From an uncultured Mageeibacillus sp. (GTDB lineage: Bacteria; Bacillota; Clostridia; Saccharofermentanales; UBA5734), in assembly GCA_964528645.1 (NCBI GenBank), contig CAZGSR010000006.1:10142-74141 (forward strand): a stretch of DNA of 64,000 nucleotides, read 5' to 3'. Below the pieces are notes generated by a model. That model was not told where the DNA came from. It did not search any database and saw only the letters and a program-made list of their open reading frames with translations. Position numbers and translations under genes: made by a program. Positions within the stretch are counted from its first letter, which is position 1; each line of letters begins with the position of its first letter. Positions 35,732-45,012 of this stretch are shown here, in pieces.

Positions 35732-37306
35732 TCATTTGGCGAATTCGGTGACACGGGACTCACGGATGATGTGGACTTTGATTTGCCCCGGATAATCGAG
35801 TTCTTCCTCGATCTTTTTGCAGATTTCCCTGGCTTTGAGGATCATCTCATCGTCCTTGACATTTTCCGGGCTGACCAGGACACGGACTTCGCGGCCTGCC
35901 TGGATGGCAAAAGACTTTTCGACTCCGGCAAAGGAGTTGGCGATCTCTTCCAGCTTCTGGATCCGCTTGACATAATTCTCCAGATTCTCGCGTCGGGCAC
36001 CCGGACGGGCGGCCGAAATGGCATCTGCTGCTGCAACCAGCACCGAGATCATCGAGTCAGGTTCTACCTCGCCATGATGCGACAGGATCGCATTGATGAC
36101 TTCCGGACCTTCTTTGTACTTGCGGGCTATTTCAGCCCCGAGCGTGATGTGTGAGCCTTCCATTTCGAAATCGGCCGCTTTGCCGATATCATGGAGCAAA
36201 CCGGCCCGCTTGGCCATCATGACATCCAGGCCAAGCTCAGCTGCCATCATGCCCGCCATCCAGCAGACCTCGACGGCATGCTGGAGAACGTTCTGCCCGT
36301 AGCTGGTGCGATAGCGCAGACGGCCGAGCAATTTGATGATTTCCGGATGGATTCCGATCATGCCCGTTTCAAAGACAGCGCGCTCACCTTCTGCCTTGAT
36401 GGTGGCATCCACTTCTTTACGGGCTTTATCGACCATCTCTTCAATCCTGGCTGGATGAATACGGCCGTCGACGATCAGTTTTTCCAGAGCAATCCTGGCA
36501 ATTTCGCGCCGGATCGGGTCAAAGCTGGACAAAATCACAGCTTCCGGCGTGTCGTCGATGATCAGGTCAACACCTGTCATGGTTTCGATGGCCCGGATAT
36601 TGCGTCCTTCTCGACCGATGATGCGGCCTTTCATTTCGTCACTGGGCAGAGCAACAACTGAAACAGTCGACTCTGACACATAATCAGCGGCATAGCGCTG
36701 GATCGACGTGACAATAATTTCCTTGGCCTTGCGGTCGGCTTCTTCCTTGGCGGCTTCTTCCATCTGCCTTAACATGACAGCCATGTCATGGCGGTAGGCA
36801 TTGCGGGCCTCATCAAGGACCAGATTGCGGGCATCATCAACCGACAAACCTGAAATGCGTTCGAGTTCGATGATCTTCTGACGCTCAATCTCGCGCGCTT
36901 TTTCCTCGAGGGCCAGGACATCACTGACACGGTTGTCGAGTGCTTCTTCCTTTTGCTCAAGCGTTTCAATTTTGCGATCCAGTGCCTCTTCTTTCTGGTC
37001 AAGGCGGCTGCGCTCACGCTGGAGATCGGCTTTCTTCTCTCGCACATCTTTTTCAAATTCGAGACGAGCTTTGTGGATTTCTTCCTTCGCTTGAAGGAGG
37101 AGCTCCCTTTTTCTGTTTTCACCAGCTTTCTGGGCTTCGCCGAGCAATTTTGCAGCCTCTGTTTCTGCTTGTTCAGCAGCAGATTTTAAGGCAGTCGATT
37201 GCTTGGAAAATCCCAGGCGATAGTACGCTATTGTCGCAATGGCAGCCAGAATGGCGCCAGTGAACAAGCCGATGACTAAATTAATTAGCCAATTAATGGC
37301 AATCAC
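35732..37306 (-). CDS. rny: Ribonuclease Y
   Basis: 524 aa. N-terminal TM helix, coiled coil, KH domain ([12 protein letters not shown]) and HD domain (LLHDIGK). The annotated GTG start (37306) is fused to the GGAGG of its own Shine-Dalgarno sequence (GGAGGTG), so the exact start codon is uncertain. Confidence 0.93.
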   Translation of the reverse strand: MIAINWLINLVIGLFTGAILAAIATIAYYRLGFSKQSTALKSAAEQAETEAAKLLGEAQKAGENRKRELLLQAKEEIHKARLEFEKDVREKKADLQRERSRLDQKEEALDRKIETLEQKEEALDNRVSDVLALEEKAREIERQKIIELERISGLSVDDARNLVLDEARNAYRHDMAVMLRQMEEAAKEEADRKAKEIIVTSIQRYAADYVSESTVSVVALPSDEMKGRIIGREGRNIRAIETMTGVDLIIDDTPEAVILSSFDPIRREIARIALEKLIVDGRIHPARIEEMVDKARKEVDATIKAEGERAVFETGMIGIHPEIIKLLGRLRYRTSYGQNVLQHAVEVCWMAGMMAAELGLDVMMAKRAGLLHDIGKAADFEMEGSHITLGAEIARKYKEGPEVINAILSHHGEVEPDSMISVLVAAADAISAARPGARRENLENYVKRIQKLEEIANSFAGVEKSFAIQAGREVRVLVSPENVKDDEMILKAREICKKIEEELDYPGQIKVHIIRESRVTEFAK

Positions 37307-37370
37307 CTCCAGTATTCATTTTTCAAGTTTCAATTATGGTTGACGCAAATGCGAAATAAGCATCGAAATC

Positions 37371-37400
37371 ATTCTATTAAAAACGAACGAATGTTGTCAA
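37371..37400 (-). promoter_or_regulatory. Candidate rny promoter
   Basis: Minus strand TTGACA (37400-37395), 18 nt, TAGAAT (37376-37371). Confidence 0.5.
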
Positions 37401-37413
37401 TAAAAACAGCACC

Positions 37414-37839
37414 TTATTCCGGGATGGTAAATTTTTCGTGAAGAATGCCATCCACTCTCACGACAGGGCCTTTGCTGCAGCGATGCAGGCAGGAACATGT
37501 TTTAATTTTCATGGGTTTTGGAGCCAGTCCGGGAGATGGATGGGACGCAAGATGCTCCAGCTTGGTGAGGATATCCCTGGCACCTCTGGCCAGACAGGCT
37601 TTGCCAAAGCAGATTTCATAGCGCACTGGCTTCGAACCGGTATCAGGCTGGCCTGACGACAGCTGGTCATGATCACCTGTCGCGAGTTGAAACTGGACCA
37701 GCCGCAAGGCCAGTGACGGTGAAAACTGGTGTGCACAGGCAATGTCACGTATCGCGGCATAGGCCACAGAGTGGTCATCCGTATCCAGTTCCAGTTCAGA
37801 CAGTGCCCGCAGGACCGCCCTTTTCTTCTTCTCATCCAT
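37414..37839 (-). CDS. Thioredoxin-like [2Fe-2S] ferredoxin-domain protein (NuoE/HymA-like Cys spacing) with an N-terminal helical extension
   Basis: 141 aa. Cys pattern CFGKAC ... CLHRC (Cx4C, about 33 residues, Cx3C), followed by GPVVRVDG. This is characteristic of the thioredoxin-like 2Fe-2S fold. Confidence 0.6.
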   Translation of the reverse strand: MDEKKKRAVLRALSELELDTDDHSVAYAAIRDIACAHQFSPSLALRLVQFQLATGDHDQLSSGQPDTGSKPVRYEICFGKACLARGARDILTKLEHLASHPSPGLAPKPMKIKTCSCLHRCSKGPVVRVDGILHEKFTIPE

Positions 37840-37854
37840 CTCCTGCTCCTTTGT

Positions 37855-37882
37855 TTGTGATCCGGACCAGATCGACTATAAT
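37855..37882 (+). promoter_or_regulatory. Candidate promoter of the plus-strand pseudouridine synthase gene
   Basis: TTGTGA (37855-37860), 16 nt, TATAAT (37877-37882). AGGAG lies 10 nt before the TTG start at 37913. Confidence 0.45.
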
Positions 37883-37912
37883 GCTCTTATTTGAGTATAG
37901 GAGAAAACACGA

Positions 37913-38791
37913 TTGGAAATCGTCTACCTTGTTACCGATGCCGATCATGGTCTGCGTGCTGTGGATGTCCTCGTCACGAGAACGGGCATGTCCCGCCTGA
38001 TGAGCAAGCGGATCAGGCTGTATGGTGAATTACTGAACAATGGACGCCCCTGGCGCATGATTGATCCGGTTGAACGGGGCGATCAACTGGTTGCCCGGAC
38101 CGCAGGTCATAGCGGACAACCCAGCTTGCTCCGTCATCCGGCTGGAATCGATTTCGTTTACCAGGATGACTGGCTGGTGATCCTGAACAAACCTGCAGGC
38201 ATTGTAGTCCATCCCACCTACCGGCATGAAACCGGAACCTTGACCGATCTTTTATCTGAACAGCCCCTGCATCCCGTGTCTCGACTTGACCGGGACACCT
38301 CCGGCCTGGTGATGATTGCCAGAAATGGCCACGCCCATTATGTGGTCATGCAGCAGCCGATGAAAAAGACCTACCTGGCCCTGGTCCATGGCCGGATGCC
38401 AGAACGCCAGGGTTTGATTGACGCCCCCATCAGCCGGGATCCGGACAGCATCATCAAAAGACGTGTCGATCCGTCCGGGTCAGTTGCCCGGACGCTTTAC
38501 CGGGAAGTGCACTATTTTCCGGCTGCAGCAGTTTCTACGGTGGAATTTGAACTTCTGACCGGACGGACACACCAGATCCGGGTTCACAGCCAGTTCGTCG
38601 GCAATCCACTGGTCGGTGAGACGTTGTACGGGCATTCAGCCGAGGATCAGACTGACCTCGATCGTCAGCTCGGACGCCAGGCCCTGCACGCCAGAAGCCT
38701 TGGATTCATCCATCCTCAGACGAAAGAACCGGTCCTGGTCCATGCGCCATTGCCGTCTGACCTGCGCCAGATCCTGCACCAGTTGTCTTGA
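37913..38791 (+). CDS. RluA/RluD-family pseudouridine synthase
   Basis: 292 aa, TTG start. Catalytic motif VSRLDRDTSGLVMIA. HQIRVH. C-terminal APLPSDLRQIL is typical of the RluD subfamily. Confidence 0.88.
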   Translation: MEIVYLVTDADHGLRAVDVLVTRTGMSRLMSKRIRLYGELLNNGRPWRMIDPVERGDQLVARTAGHSGQPSLLRHPAGIDFVYQDDWLVILNKPAGIVVHPTYRHETGTLTDLLSEQPLHPVSRLDRDTSGLVMIARNGHAHYVVMQQPMKKTYLALVHGRMPERQGLIDAPISRDPDSIIKRRVDPSGSVARTLYREVHYFPAAAVSTVEFELLTGRTHQIRVHSQFVGNPLVGETLYGHSAEDQTDLDRQLGRQALHARSLGFIHPQTKEPVLVHAPLPSDLRQILHQLS

Positions 38792-40481
38792 AAACCCGGG
38801 CTGCATCCAGCAAATGGTCGGCCAGCTGACGAGCCTTGTCATCCCCACTGCCGCCGGAAAGCAAACGCATCAGTTCCGTGCTCCGCTCTGCTTCTGACAG
38901 GGTGTTGAGTGTTGTCACCGTCTGATCTTCCCCTACTGTTTTCTGGATCAGAACATGCTGGTCAGCCATGGCCGCAATCTGGGCCATATGCGTGATGCAA
39001 AAGACCTGGTGATGACAGGAAATCTGGTGTAGTTTTTCTGCGACGCGGGAAGCGGTCACGCCACTGATCCCCGTGTCGATTTCATCAAAAATCAGGACGG
39101 GCGTTTCATCAGCCTGGGCCAGGATGGTCTTGATCGCTAAAAGCACCCGGGATGCTTCCCCGCCGGAGGCAATACGGGCCAATGGTTTCAAGGGCTCACC
39201 CGGATTGGCAGAAATCAAAAACGAAACCTTGTCCAAACCGTGGCGGGGGATGGGCCCTTCCAGATATTCAACAGGGTCCACCTGCACCGCAAACTGGACG
39301 CCCTTCATGCCCAAGTCCTGCAATTGGCTGGCAATCTGTTCCTCCATCAACCGGGCAACCCGGGAACGGATTTCATGGATTTTGCCAGCCCTGGCCTTCA
39401 AAATTTCGATACCTTTATCCCTTTGCTGAGTGAGCCGGGCAAACAATGTTTCACTGTCCGACAATCGTTCATGACGATTTCTGGCCTTCTCCAGGAACTC
39501 CAGGACCTGTTCCAATTCGCCACCGTATTTCTTTTTCAACCGGTACAACAGGTCCAGCCGATCATCAATTTGCTGGAGTTCACCTGGATCACCTTCGTCC
39601 TCAAGCACCAGATCCTGCAGTTGTTCAATCGCCAGTTGCATGGCTTCCTGAGCTTCCAGCAGTGTTTCCTTTGCCGCAGCAGCCTGTCTGCTGGATCGGG
39701 CAGCCGGCTCGAGAACCTGCTGGATGCGCGTCAGGCGGCTGGACAAAGACTGGTCCTCCAGGCCACTGAGCTCCATCAGAGCCTGTGATGCTGACTGCAG
39801 GATCTTTTCCCGGTTTGCCAGCAATTTATGCCGTTCCGTCAAAATTGCTTCCTCACCGGGCCGTATCTGAGCGGATTCGATTTCCTGGATCTGGTAGGCC
39901 AGCAGATCCAGTTCCCGGGCGCGCTGGGCCGGATCCTGGCCCAGGTCCTGCATCTGGTCCTTGATTTCCTGGATTTTGCTGGCAGCAGCCTGATAGAGGC
40001 CCATGGTTCCGGCCAATTCCTGACCGGCAAAACGGTCCAGAAGACGACGGTGGTTCTGGGGGTCAAAAATCCCTTGCTGGTCGTTTTGTCCATGGATATC
40101 GATCAGGCAGGAAAACAACGTCCGCAAACTGCTGATGGGCACAAGCCGGCCGTTGACCCGGCAGGTCGATTTTCCAGCTGAGCTGATCTCCCGCGACAAA
40201 ATCAATTCCGAGTCTTCTTCCGCCGTCAGGCCGAGCTGATCTCTGAGGTCTTCTGGCAGCCGGTCCCAGACATCTTCAAAAACAGCCTCGACACGCAGCC
40301 GGGATGCCGTGCGGCGCACAAAATCCCGGCCAATGCGCTCACCGGACAGCGCGCTGATCGCATCGATCAGGATCGATTTGCCTGCACCAGTTTCTCCAGA
40401 AATGACAAACAACCCTGAACCTGGTGTGAGAACAGCCTGGTCAATCAGAGCAAAATCGCGAATTTCAACACGATGGAGCAT
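38706..40481 (-). CDS. recN: DNA repair protein RecN
   Basis: 591 aa. Walker A GETGAGKSILIDA, long coiled coil, and C-terminal LIFDEIDTGISG. A 26-aa Gly/Ala/Ser-rich tail overlaps the convergent gene. Confidence 0.93.
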   Translation of the reverse strand: MLHRVEIRDFALIDQAVLTPGSGLFVISGETGAGKSILIDAISALSGERIGRDFVRRTASRLRVEAVFEDVWDRLPEDLRDQLGLTAEEDSELILSREISSAGKSTCRVNGRLVPISSLRTLFSCLIDIHGQNDQQGIFDPQNHRRLLDRFAGQELAGTMGLYQAAASKIQEIKDQMQDLGQDPAQRARELDLLAYQIQEIESAQIRPGEEAILTERHKLLANREKILQSASQALMELSGLEDQSLSSRLTRIQQVLEPAARSSRQAAAAKETLLEAQEAMQLAIEQLQDLVLEDEGDPGELQQIDDRLDLLYRLKKKYGGELEQVLEFLEKARNRHERLSDSETLFARLTQQRDKGIEILKARAGKIHEIRSRVARLMEEQIASQLQDLGMKGVQFAVQVDPVEYLEGPIPRHGLDKVSFLISANPGEPLKPLARIASGGEASRVLLAIKTILAQADETPVLIFDEIDTGISGVTASRVAEKLHQISCHHQVFCITHMAQIAAMADQHVLIQKTVGEDQTVTTLNTLSEAERSTELMRLLSGGSGDDKARQLADHLLDAARVFKTTGAGSGAGQTAMAHGPGPVLSSEDG

Positions 40482-40492
40482 GGCCCTTTCTC

Positions 40493-40984
40493 CTAGCTTT
40501 CAGGCTGCTGGGCGGTGCCGAAACCAGGTGCGATCAGCCGGGTCAGGACCTCTGCCATCTGCTGGGCCTGTTCAGCCGAACGGGTTGCGATAAAGACAGT
40601 ATCATCGCCAGCCAGAGTTCCGACCAGATCAGACAGCCGCATGGAATCCAGGGCGGATGCACAGGCTTGGGCCATACCGGGCATGGTCTTGATCACAATC
40701 AGGTTCATCGCCAGATCCACCGAAAGGACTGACTCGGCATAGATTTTCATCAGGCGTCCGGAGATCGATTCGCCTGTGCGCTGCATGGAGACATACTTCT
40801 GGGTCCCGGTCCCGGTCATGACCTTGACGATCCCCAGCTCTTTGATGTCGCGCGATACGGTGGCCTGGGTAACATCCATGCCGCTCGAGCGCATAGCCAG
40901 GACCAGCTCATCCTGCGTGGCGAGATCCTTGTCCCGGATCAGCTGCAGGAGCCTGGCCTGGCGTTCGATTTTATCTGTCCTCAT
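40493..40984 (-). CDS. argR: Arginine repressor ArgR/AhrC
   Basis: 163 aa. Winged-helix N-terminus (QATVSRDIKELG). C-terminal oligomerisation and arginine-binding motif GTLAGDDTVFI. Confidence 0.92.
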   Translation of the reverse strand: MRTDKIERQARLLQLIRDKDLATQDELVLAMRSSGMDVTQATVSRDIKELGIVKVMTGTGTQKYVSMQRTGESISGRLMKIYAESVLSVDLAMNLIVIKTMPGMAQACASALDSMRLSDLVGTLAGDDTVFIATRSAEQAQQMAEVLTRLIAPGFGTAQQPES

Positions 40985-41841
40985 CGTGTCTTTCCCCGCA
41001 AGTGGATTTTGCCTGGTAAATCAGCAAAGAAGTGGTCCGGGCTGAGACGGATCAATTGCAGCGTCCGGTCTGCCTTGCGCACCACGACCCGATCGCCACT
41101 GTTAAGGCTGATCTCTCTGCGGCCATCAATTGCCAGCAAAGCCTGGTAGGGATAGTCCACGATTTCGATCACGACTTCACTGGTGGATGACGTCAAATAA
41201 CTCCGGTTGTGCAGGGTATGCGGACAGACAGGTGTGATCAGCAGCAATTCCAGTCGTGGATGGACAATCGGTCCGCCCGCTGACAGGGAGTAGGCTGTCG
41301 ACCCGGTTGGCGTTGACAAGATCATGCCATCACCGGGGATGCGTTCCAGAAAGACGCCATCGATGGTCAGGTCCAGCGTCAAGATGCGAGATTTGCCACC
41401 GCGAGAAATCACTGCGTCATTCATGGACAGGCCAGATTCAATCAGATGACCATTGGCATCGTGGACACTGACCGACAACATCATCCGGCGATCGATGTAA
41501 TAATCGCCTGAGATAAGGCGCTCGACTGCTTCTTCGAGATTTTCCGGCCGGATTTCCTGCAGAAACCCGACACTGCCGAGATTGACTCCAATGATCGGGA
41601 TATCCTGGCAGCCAGGCAGATGAACCGCGCTGAGGAAGGTACCATCACCACCCAGGACCATGATCAGGTCGCTGGTTTCGTAACTGGCAATTTCAACGCC
41701 ATGAATATCGGAAAATTTCTGGCCCAGGCATTGCTCATCCACAACAGGGGTCCCACCCTGGCGGACGATCAGCCTGGTCAGTTCGCGCGAGAGCAGGCAG
41801 TCCTTGTCTTTGTCTTGATTGGTATAGATCCCGATGCGCAT
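40981..41841 (-). CDS. nadK: NAD kinase
   Basis: ORF trimmed to ATG 41841 (MRIGIYTNQ...), with AAGGGAGG 4 nt upstream. GGDGT motif (VLGGDGTFL). Confidence 0.9.
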   Translation of the reverse strand: MRIGIYTNQDKDKDCLLSRELTRLIVRQGGTPVVDEQCLGQKFSDIHGVEIASYETSDLIMVLGGDGTFLSAVHLPGCQDIPIIGVNLGSVGFLQEIRPENLEEAVERLISGDYYIDRRMMLSVSVHDANGHLIESGLSMNDAVISRGGKSRILTLDLTIDGVFLERIPGDGMILSTPTGSTAYSLSAGGPIVHPRLELLLITPVCPHTLHNRSYLTSSTSEVVIEIVDYPYQALLAIDGRREISLNSGDRVVVRKADRTLQLIRLSPDHFFADLPGKIHLRGKTR

Positions 41842-41974
41842 GATGCCTCCCTTTGCTAGTCCATCGTCTGTCTTTGTTTCATCATAGCGCATGTACGAAA
41901 AAAGGTCACCGCAATTCGTGCGTCAAAAAACGACAGTTTGCGACAAAACCGCACCTGCAGCGCCAGCCCGCAAC

Positions 41975-43855
41975 TCAAACGCGGACGGAACGACTGACGA
42001 GCATTTTTACCTGTCTGGCCAGGCTCACGGCATCGAGGCCCTGGTCAGAAAGCAACTGGCTGCGTCGTCCCTGGTGCAAAGGCTCGTCACGGATCGCTGA
42101 CAGGTGGAACTGGCAGTCCGGGATAGCCTTTATGACTTCGGGCAGGATCATCTGGCCGAGTGAACCGGGTGATACTGTTTCTTCGACGACGAGGAGGGTG
42201 TGCGATTTTTGCAGCGACATGATCAGATTCTCATAATCAAACGGCTTGGCCCGCTGGATCGAAAGAACATCACATTCGATGCCATCCTGTGCAAGCAGTC
42301 TGGCCGCTTCCAGTGCCTCAGGAAGCAAGGTGCCTACCACTGCCAGGGTGCAGTCGCTTCCTCTGCGAACCGTCTGGATCGTGAAATCTGCGGGATCAAA
42401 GGTAGCATTGACTGTAACGGCAGCTCCTCTTGGATACCGGACTGCTGTCGGATGATTGTTTGCCAAAGCCCGGTCCAGGGCACGCTCCAAGGCACGACCA
42501 TCAGCCGGACAGAGAATCTCGATCGCCGGCAAGGTCAAGAGCAGATTCAGGTCGTAGATCCCCTGGTGAGTCTCACCATCTTCTCCAACAATGCCAGCAC
42601 GGTCAATCGCCAGGACAACTGGAAGGTTCTGCAGGCAGATATCATGCAGCAGCTGATCATATGCCCGCTGCAGGAAGGTCGAATACAGGGCCAGAACTGG
42701 CCTGGCTCCACCGGCTGCCAGACCGGCCGCCAGCGTGGCGGCATGTTGTTCCGCGATACCGACATCAAAAAAGCGATGCGGCAGGCTCTCGGCAAAAGAC
42801 TTAAGTCCAGTACCACTGGCCATGGCAGCCGAAATGGCACAGATTTGCGGATTTTTCCTGGCTCTGGCCAGCAACGCCTGGCCAAAGACATCGGAATAGG
42901 TCAGGCAGTCTGGCTGGCCGACCGGACAGACCCCCAGTTCAACTTCAAACGGCGCCACACCATGATAGAGGTCCGGGGCACTTTCAGCAAAGGTGTAGCC
43001 GCGGCCTTTCTGGGTGATGACATGGAGCACAACTGGTCCATCCACCTCATCAATATTGGCGAGATGGCGCTGCAAAGCCTTGAGATCATGGCCATCAATT
43101 GGACCGTAATAGCGAAAGCCCAATTGTTCAAAAAAGACCCCGGAACGTCTCAGGACCAGGCGGTCCATTTTCTTGACCTGCTGCAGGAATTGCAGCAATC
43201 TGGGACCGGCCAGGGGGATCTTGCTGATGAGTGTTTCCACTGCGGTTTTCAGATGAATGTAGCGCCTTGAAATCCTCAGGTTTTCCAGATGGCGGGCCAG
43301 ACCACCGACGTTTTTGCCGATCGACATCTGGTTGTCATTGATGATCACGACCAGGCGCGCACCAGACATGCCCGCATCGTTGAGCGCTTCAAAAGCCATA
43401 CCACCCGTCAGGGCACCATCCCCGATCAGGGCAATCACTCGCCCAGGTTCGTGATTGTTGGCCATGGCCCTGACCATGCCAAGTGCGGCTGAAATGGACG
43501 TACTGCTGTGGCCCGTATCGAAAAAGTCATACGGACTTTCCGAGCGTTTGGGGAATCCTGACAGACCCGATTTCTGGCGCAAGGTCTCAAACTGGTGCGC
43601 TCGTCCAGTCAGGATCTTCCAGGCATAGCTTTGGTGGCCGACATCAAACACAATCCGGTCCTTGCGGAAATCATAAACAGCAAGCAAGGCAATCGTCAGC
43701 TCGATGACACCGAGATTGGACGCCAGGTGCCCCCCGGTTGTCGATACCTGGCTGATGATCTTTTCACGCAATTCAGAGGCCAGCTGCCTTTGTTCATCCA
43801 GGGATAATTGCTGGACATCTTCAGGTGAGTGCAATTGGTCTAGCAATCGCCCCAT
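41975..43855 (-). CDS. dxs: 1-deoxy-D-xylulose-5-phosphate synthase
   Basis: ORF trimmed to ATG 43855 (MGRLLDQLHSPEDV...), 1 nt after the ispA stop. TPP motif GDGALTGGMAFEALN. Confidence 0.94.
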   Translation of the reverse strand: MGRLLDQLHSPEDVQQLSLDEQRQLASELREKIISQVSTTGGHLASNLGVIELTIALLAVYDFRKDRIVFDVGHQSYAWKILTGRAHQFETLRQKSGLSGFPKRSESPYDFFDTGHSSTSISAALGMVRAMANNHEPGRVIALIGDGALTGGMAFEALNDAGMSGARLVVIINDNQMSIGKNVGGLARHLENLRISRRYIHLKTAVETLISKIPLAGPRLLQFLQQVKKMDRLVLRRSGVFFEQLGFRYYGPIDGHDLKALQRHLANIDEVDGPVVLHVITQKGRGYTFAESAPDLYHGVAPFEVELGVCPVGQPDCLTYSDVFGQALLARARKNPQICAISAAMASGTGLKSFAESLPHRFFDVGIAEQHAATLAAGLAAGGARPVLALYSTFLQRAYDQLLHDICLQNLPVVLAIDRAGIVGEDGETHQGIYDLNLLLTLPAIEILCPADGRALERALDRALANNHPTAVRYPRGAAVTVNATFDPADFTIQTVRRGSDCTLAVVGTLLPEALEAARLLAQDGIECDVLSIQRAKPFDYENLIMSLQKSHTLLVVEETVSPGSLGQMILPEVIKAIPDCQFHLSAIRDEPLHQGRRSQLLSDQGLDAVSLARQVKMLVSRSVRV

Positions 43856-43856
43856 A

Positions 43857-44747
43857 TCAGTGGTCCCTTTGCAGCAGGAAATCCGCCAGATCCAGCAGGA
43901 AAGCCGGATCGTAACCCAATCCTGCAGCAGCCGTAAGAGCAGCCTTGGCTTGTCGTGTCGCTTCCTGGAGCTTGATCTGCGCCTTGTCGAGGCCAAAGAG
44001 GGTGACATAGGTTGATTTTTGGTCTCTCTGGTCTTTGCCGGTTGATTTGCCCAGCTTGTCTTCTGTCGCGGTCACATCCAGAATGTCATCCTGGATCTGG
44101 AAAGCCAGTCCCAGGTTCTCCGCAAAAGTCCTGAAAAGAACGGTCGTTTCTGACGTCACCTCCGCGAGGGCACAAGCGGCCAGGACCGGAGCCAGGATCA
44201 GCTGGCCAGTCTTGAGGCTGTGTAGTCGCACCAGCTCATCGGGGGCTATGATCCGGCCCTCTGCCTGCAAATCCAACGTCTGGCCGGCGATCATGCCGGA
44301 CGAACCAGCCGCACGGGCAATGATCCGGGCCGCTTCAACTTTGTGCAGGCATCCAGATGTCATATCATCCAGCATGACTTCAAAGGCGCGGTTCAGCAAT
44401 GCATCGCCAGCCAGGACAGCCAGTGCCTCACCAAATTGTTTGTGACACGTGGGCCGGCCCCGGCGCAGGTCATCATCGTCCATACAGGGCAAATCATCGT
44501 GGACCAGCGAATAAGTATGGATCATTTCCAGGGCAGCTGCACAAGGCAGCGCCAGAACACGGTCTGCGCCGAGACAATCCATTGTGGCCAGAGCGAGCAC
44601 AGGCCGGATGCGCTTGCCACCGGACAGCAGGCTGTAACGTGCGGCTTGCACAACATCTCCGCCCCATTCTTTGTCCTGGGTTGGCAATGCCTGGGCGAGA
44701 TAAGGTTCGATCAAATCCAGATACATTTTGTATTGCTGTTTAAACAT
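43857..44747 (-). CDS. ispA: Polyprenyl (farnesyl/geranylgeranyl) diphosphate synthase
   Basis: ORF trimmed to ATG 44747. First Asp-rich motif LVHDDLPCMDDDDLRRG. Second Asp-rich motif FQIQDDILD. Confidence 0.9.
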   Translation of the reverse strand: MFKQQYKMYLDLIEPYLAQALPTQDKEWGGDVVQAARYSLLSGGKRIRPVLALATMDCLGADRVLALPCAAALEMIHTYSLVHDDLPCMDDDDLRRGRPTCHKQFGEALAVLAGDALLNRAFEVMLDDMTSGCLHKVEAARIIARAAGSSGMIAGQTLDLQAEGRIIAPDELVRLHSLKTGQLILAPVLAACALAEVTSETTVLFRTFAENLGLAFQIQDDILDVTATEDKLGKSTGKDQRDQKSTYVTLFGLDKAQIKLQEATRQAKAALTAAAGLGYDPAFLLDLADFLLQRDH

Positions 44748-45012
44748 CCTGCTCACCAAATGGTTTTTCAAGGACCGTACCGTCTTCTGCGACCAGCAGC
44801 TGACTAATCTGATGCTCGATCGCGGCCAGTTTATCCGCACAGATCTTGGCCAGTCCCATGCCCTCCTGAAACAAAGTCACTGATTCATCCAGAGTCGTAT
44901 CTCCACTTTCCAGGCGGCTGACAATCGTCTCCAGCTTGCCGAACGCTTGTTCGTAGCTGAGTTCTGGATTTTCGGCCGCTGCAGGGGTCCTGTTTATGTT
45001 TTCCATCCTCAA
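44740..45012 (-). CDS. xseB: Exodeoxyribonuclease VII small subunit
   Basis: About 88-90 aa. Motif SYEQAFGKLETIVSRLESGD..LDESV.LFQEG is typical of XseB. Lies directly after xseA. Confidence 0.88.
   Translation of the reverse strand: MRMENINRTPAAAENPELSYEQAFGKLETIVSRLESGDTTLDESVTLFQEGMGLAKICADKLAAIEHQISQLLVAEDGTVLEKPFGEQDV

Noticed and set aside
43856-44008. N-terminal extensions of track ORFs for dxs, and likewise for ispA, nadK, pyrB, pyrD, pyrF, pyrR, murD, ybeY, miaA, the RluA gene, the DUF45 gene, the PHP gene, crtQ and the GNAT gene
   Set aside because: In each case an internal ATG is preceded by a Shine-Dalgarno sequence, or abuts the upstream stop codon, and it restores the family-typical N-terminus. 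The longer versions would overlap the upstream gene extensively.
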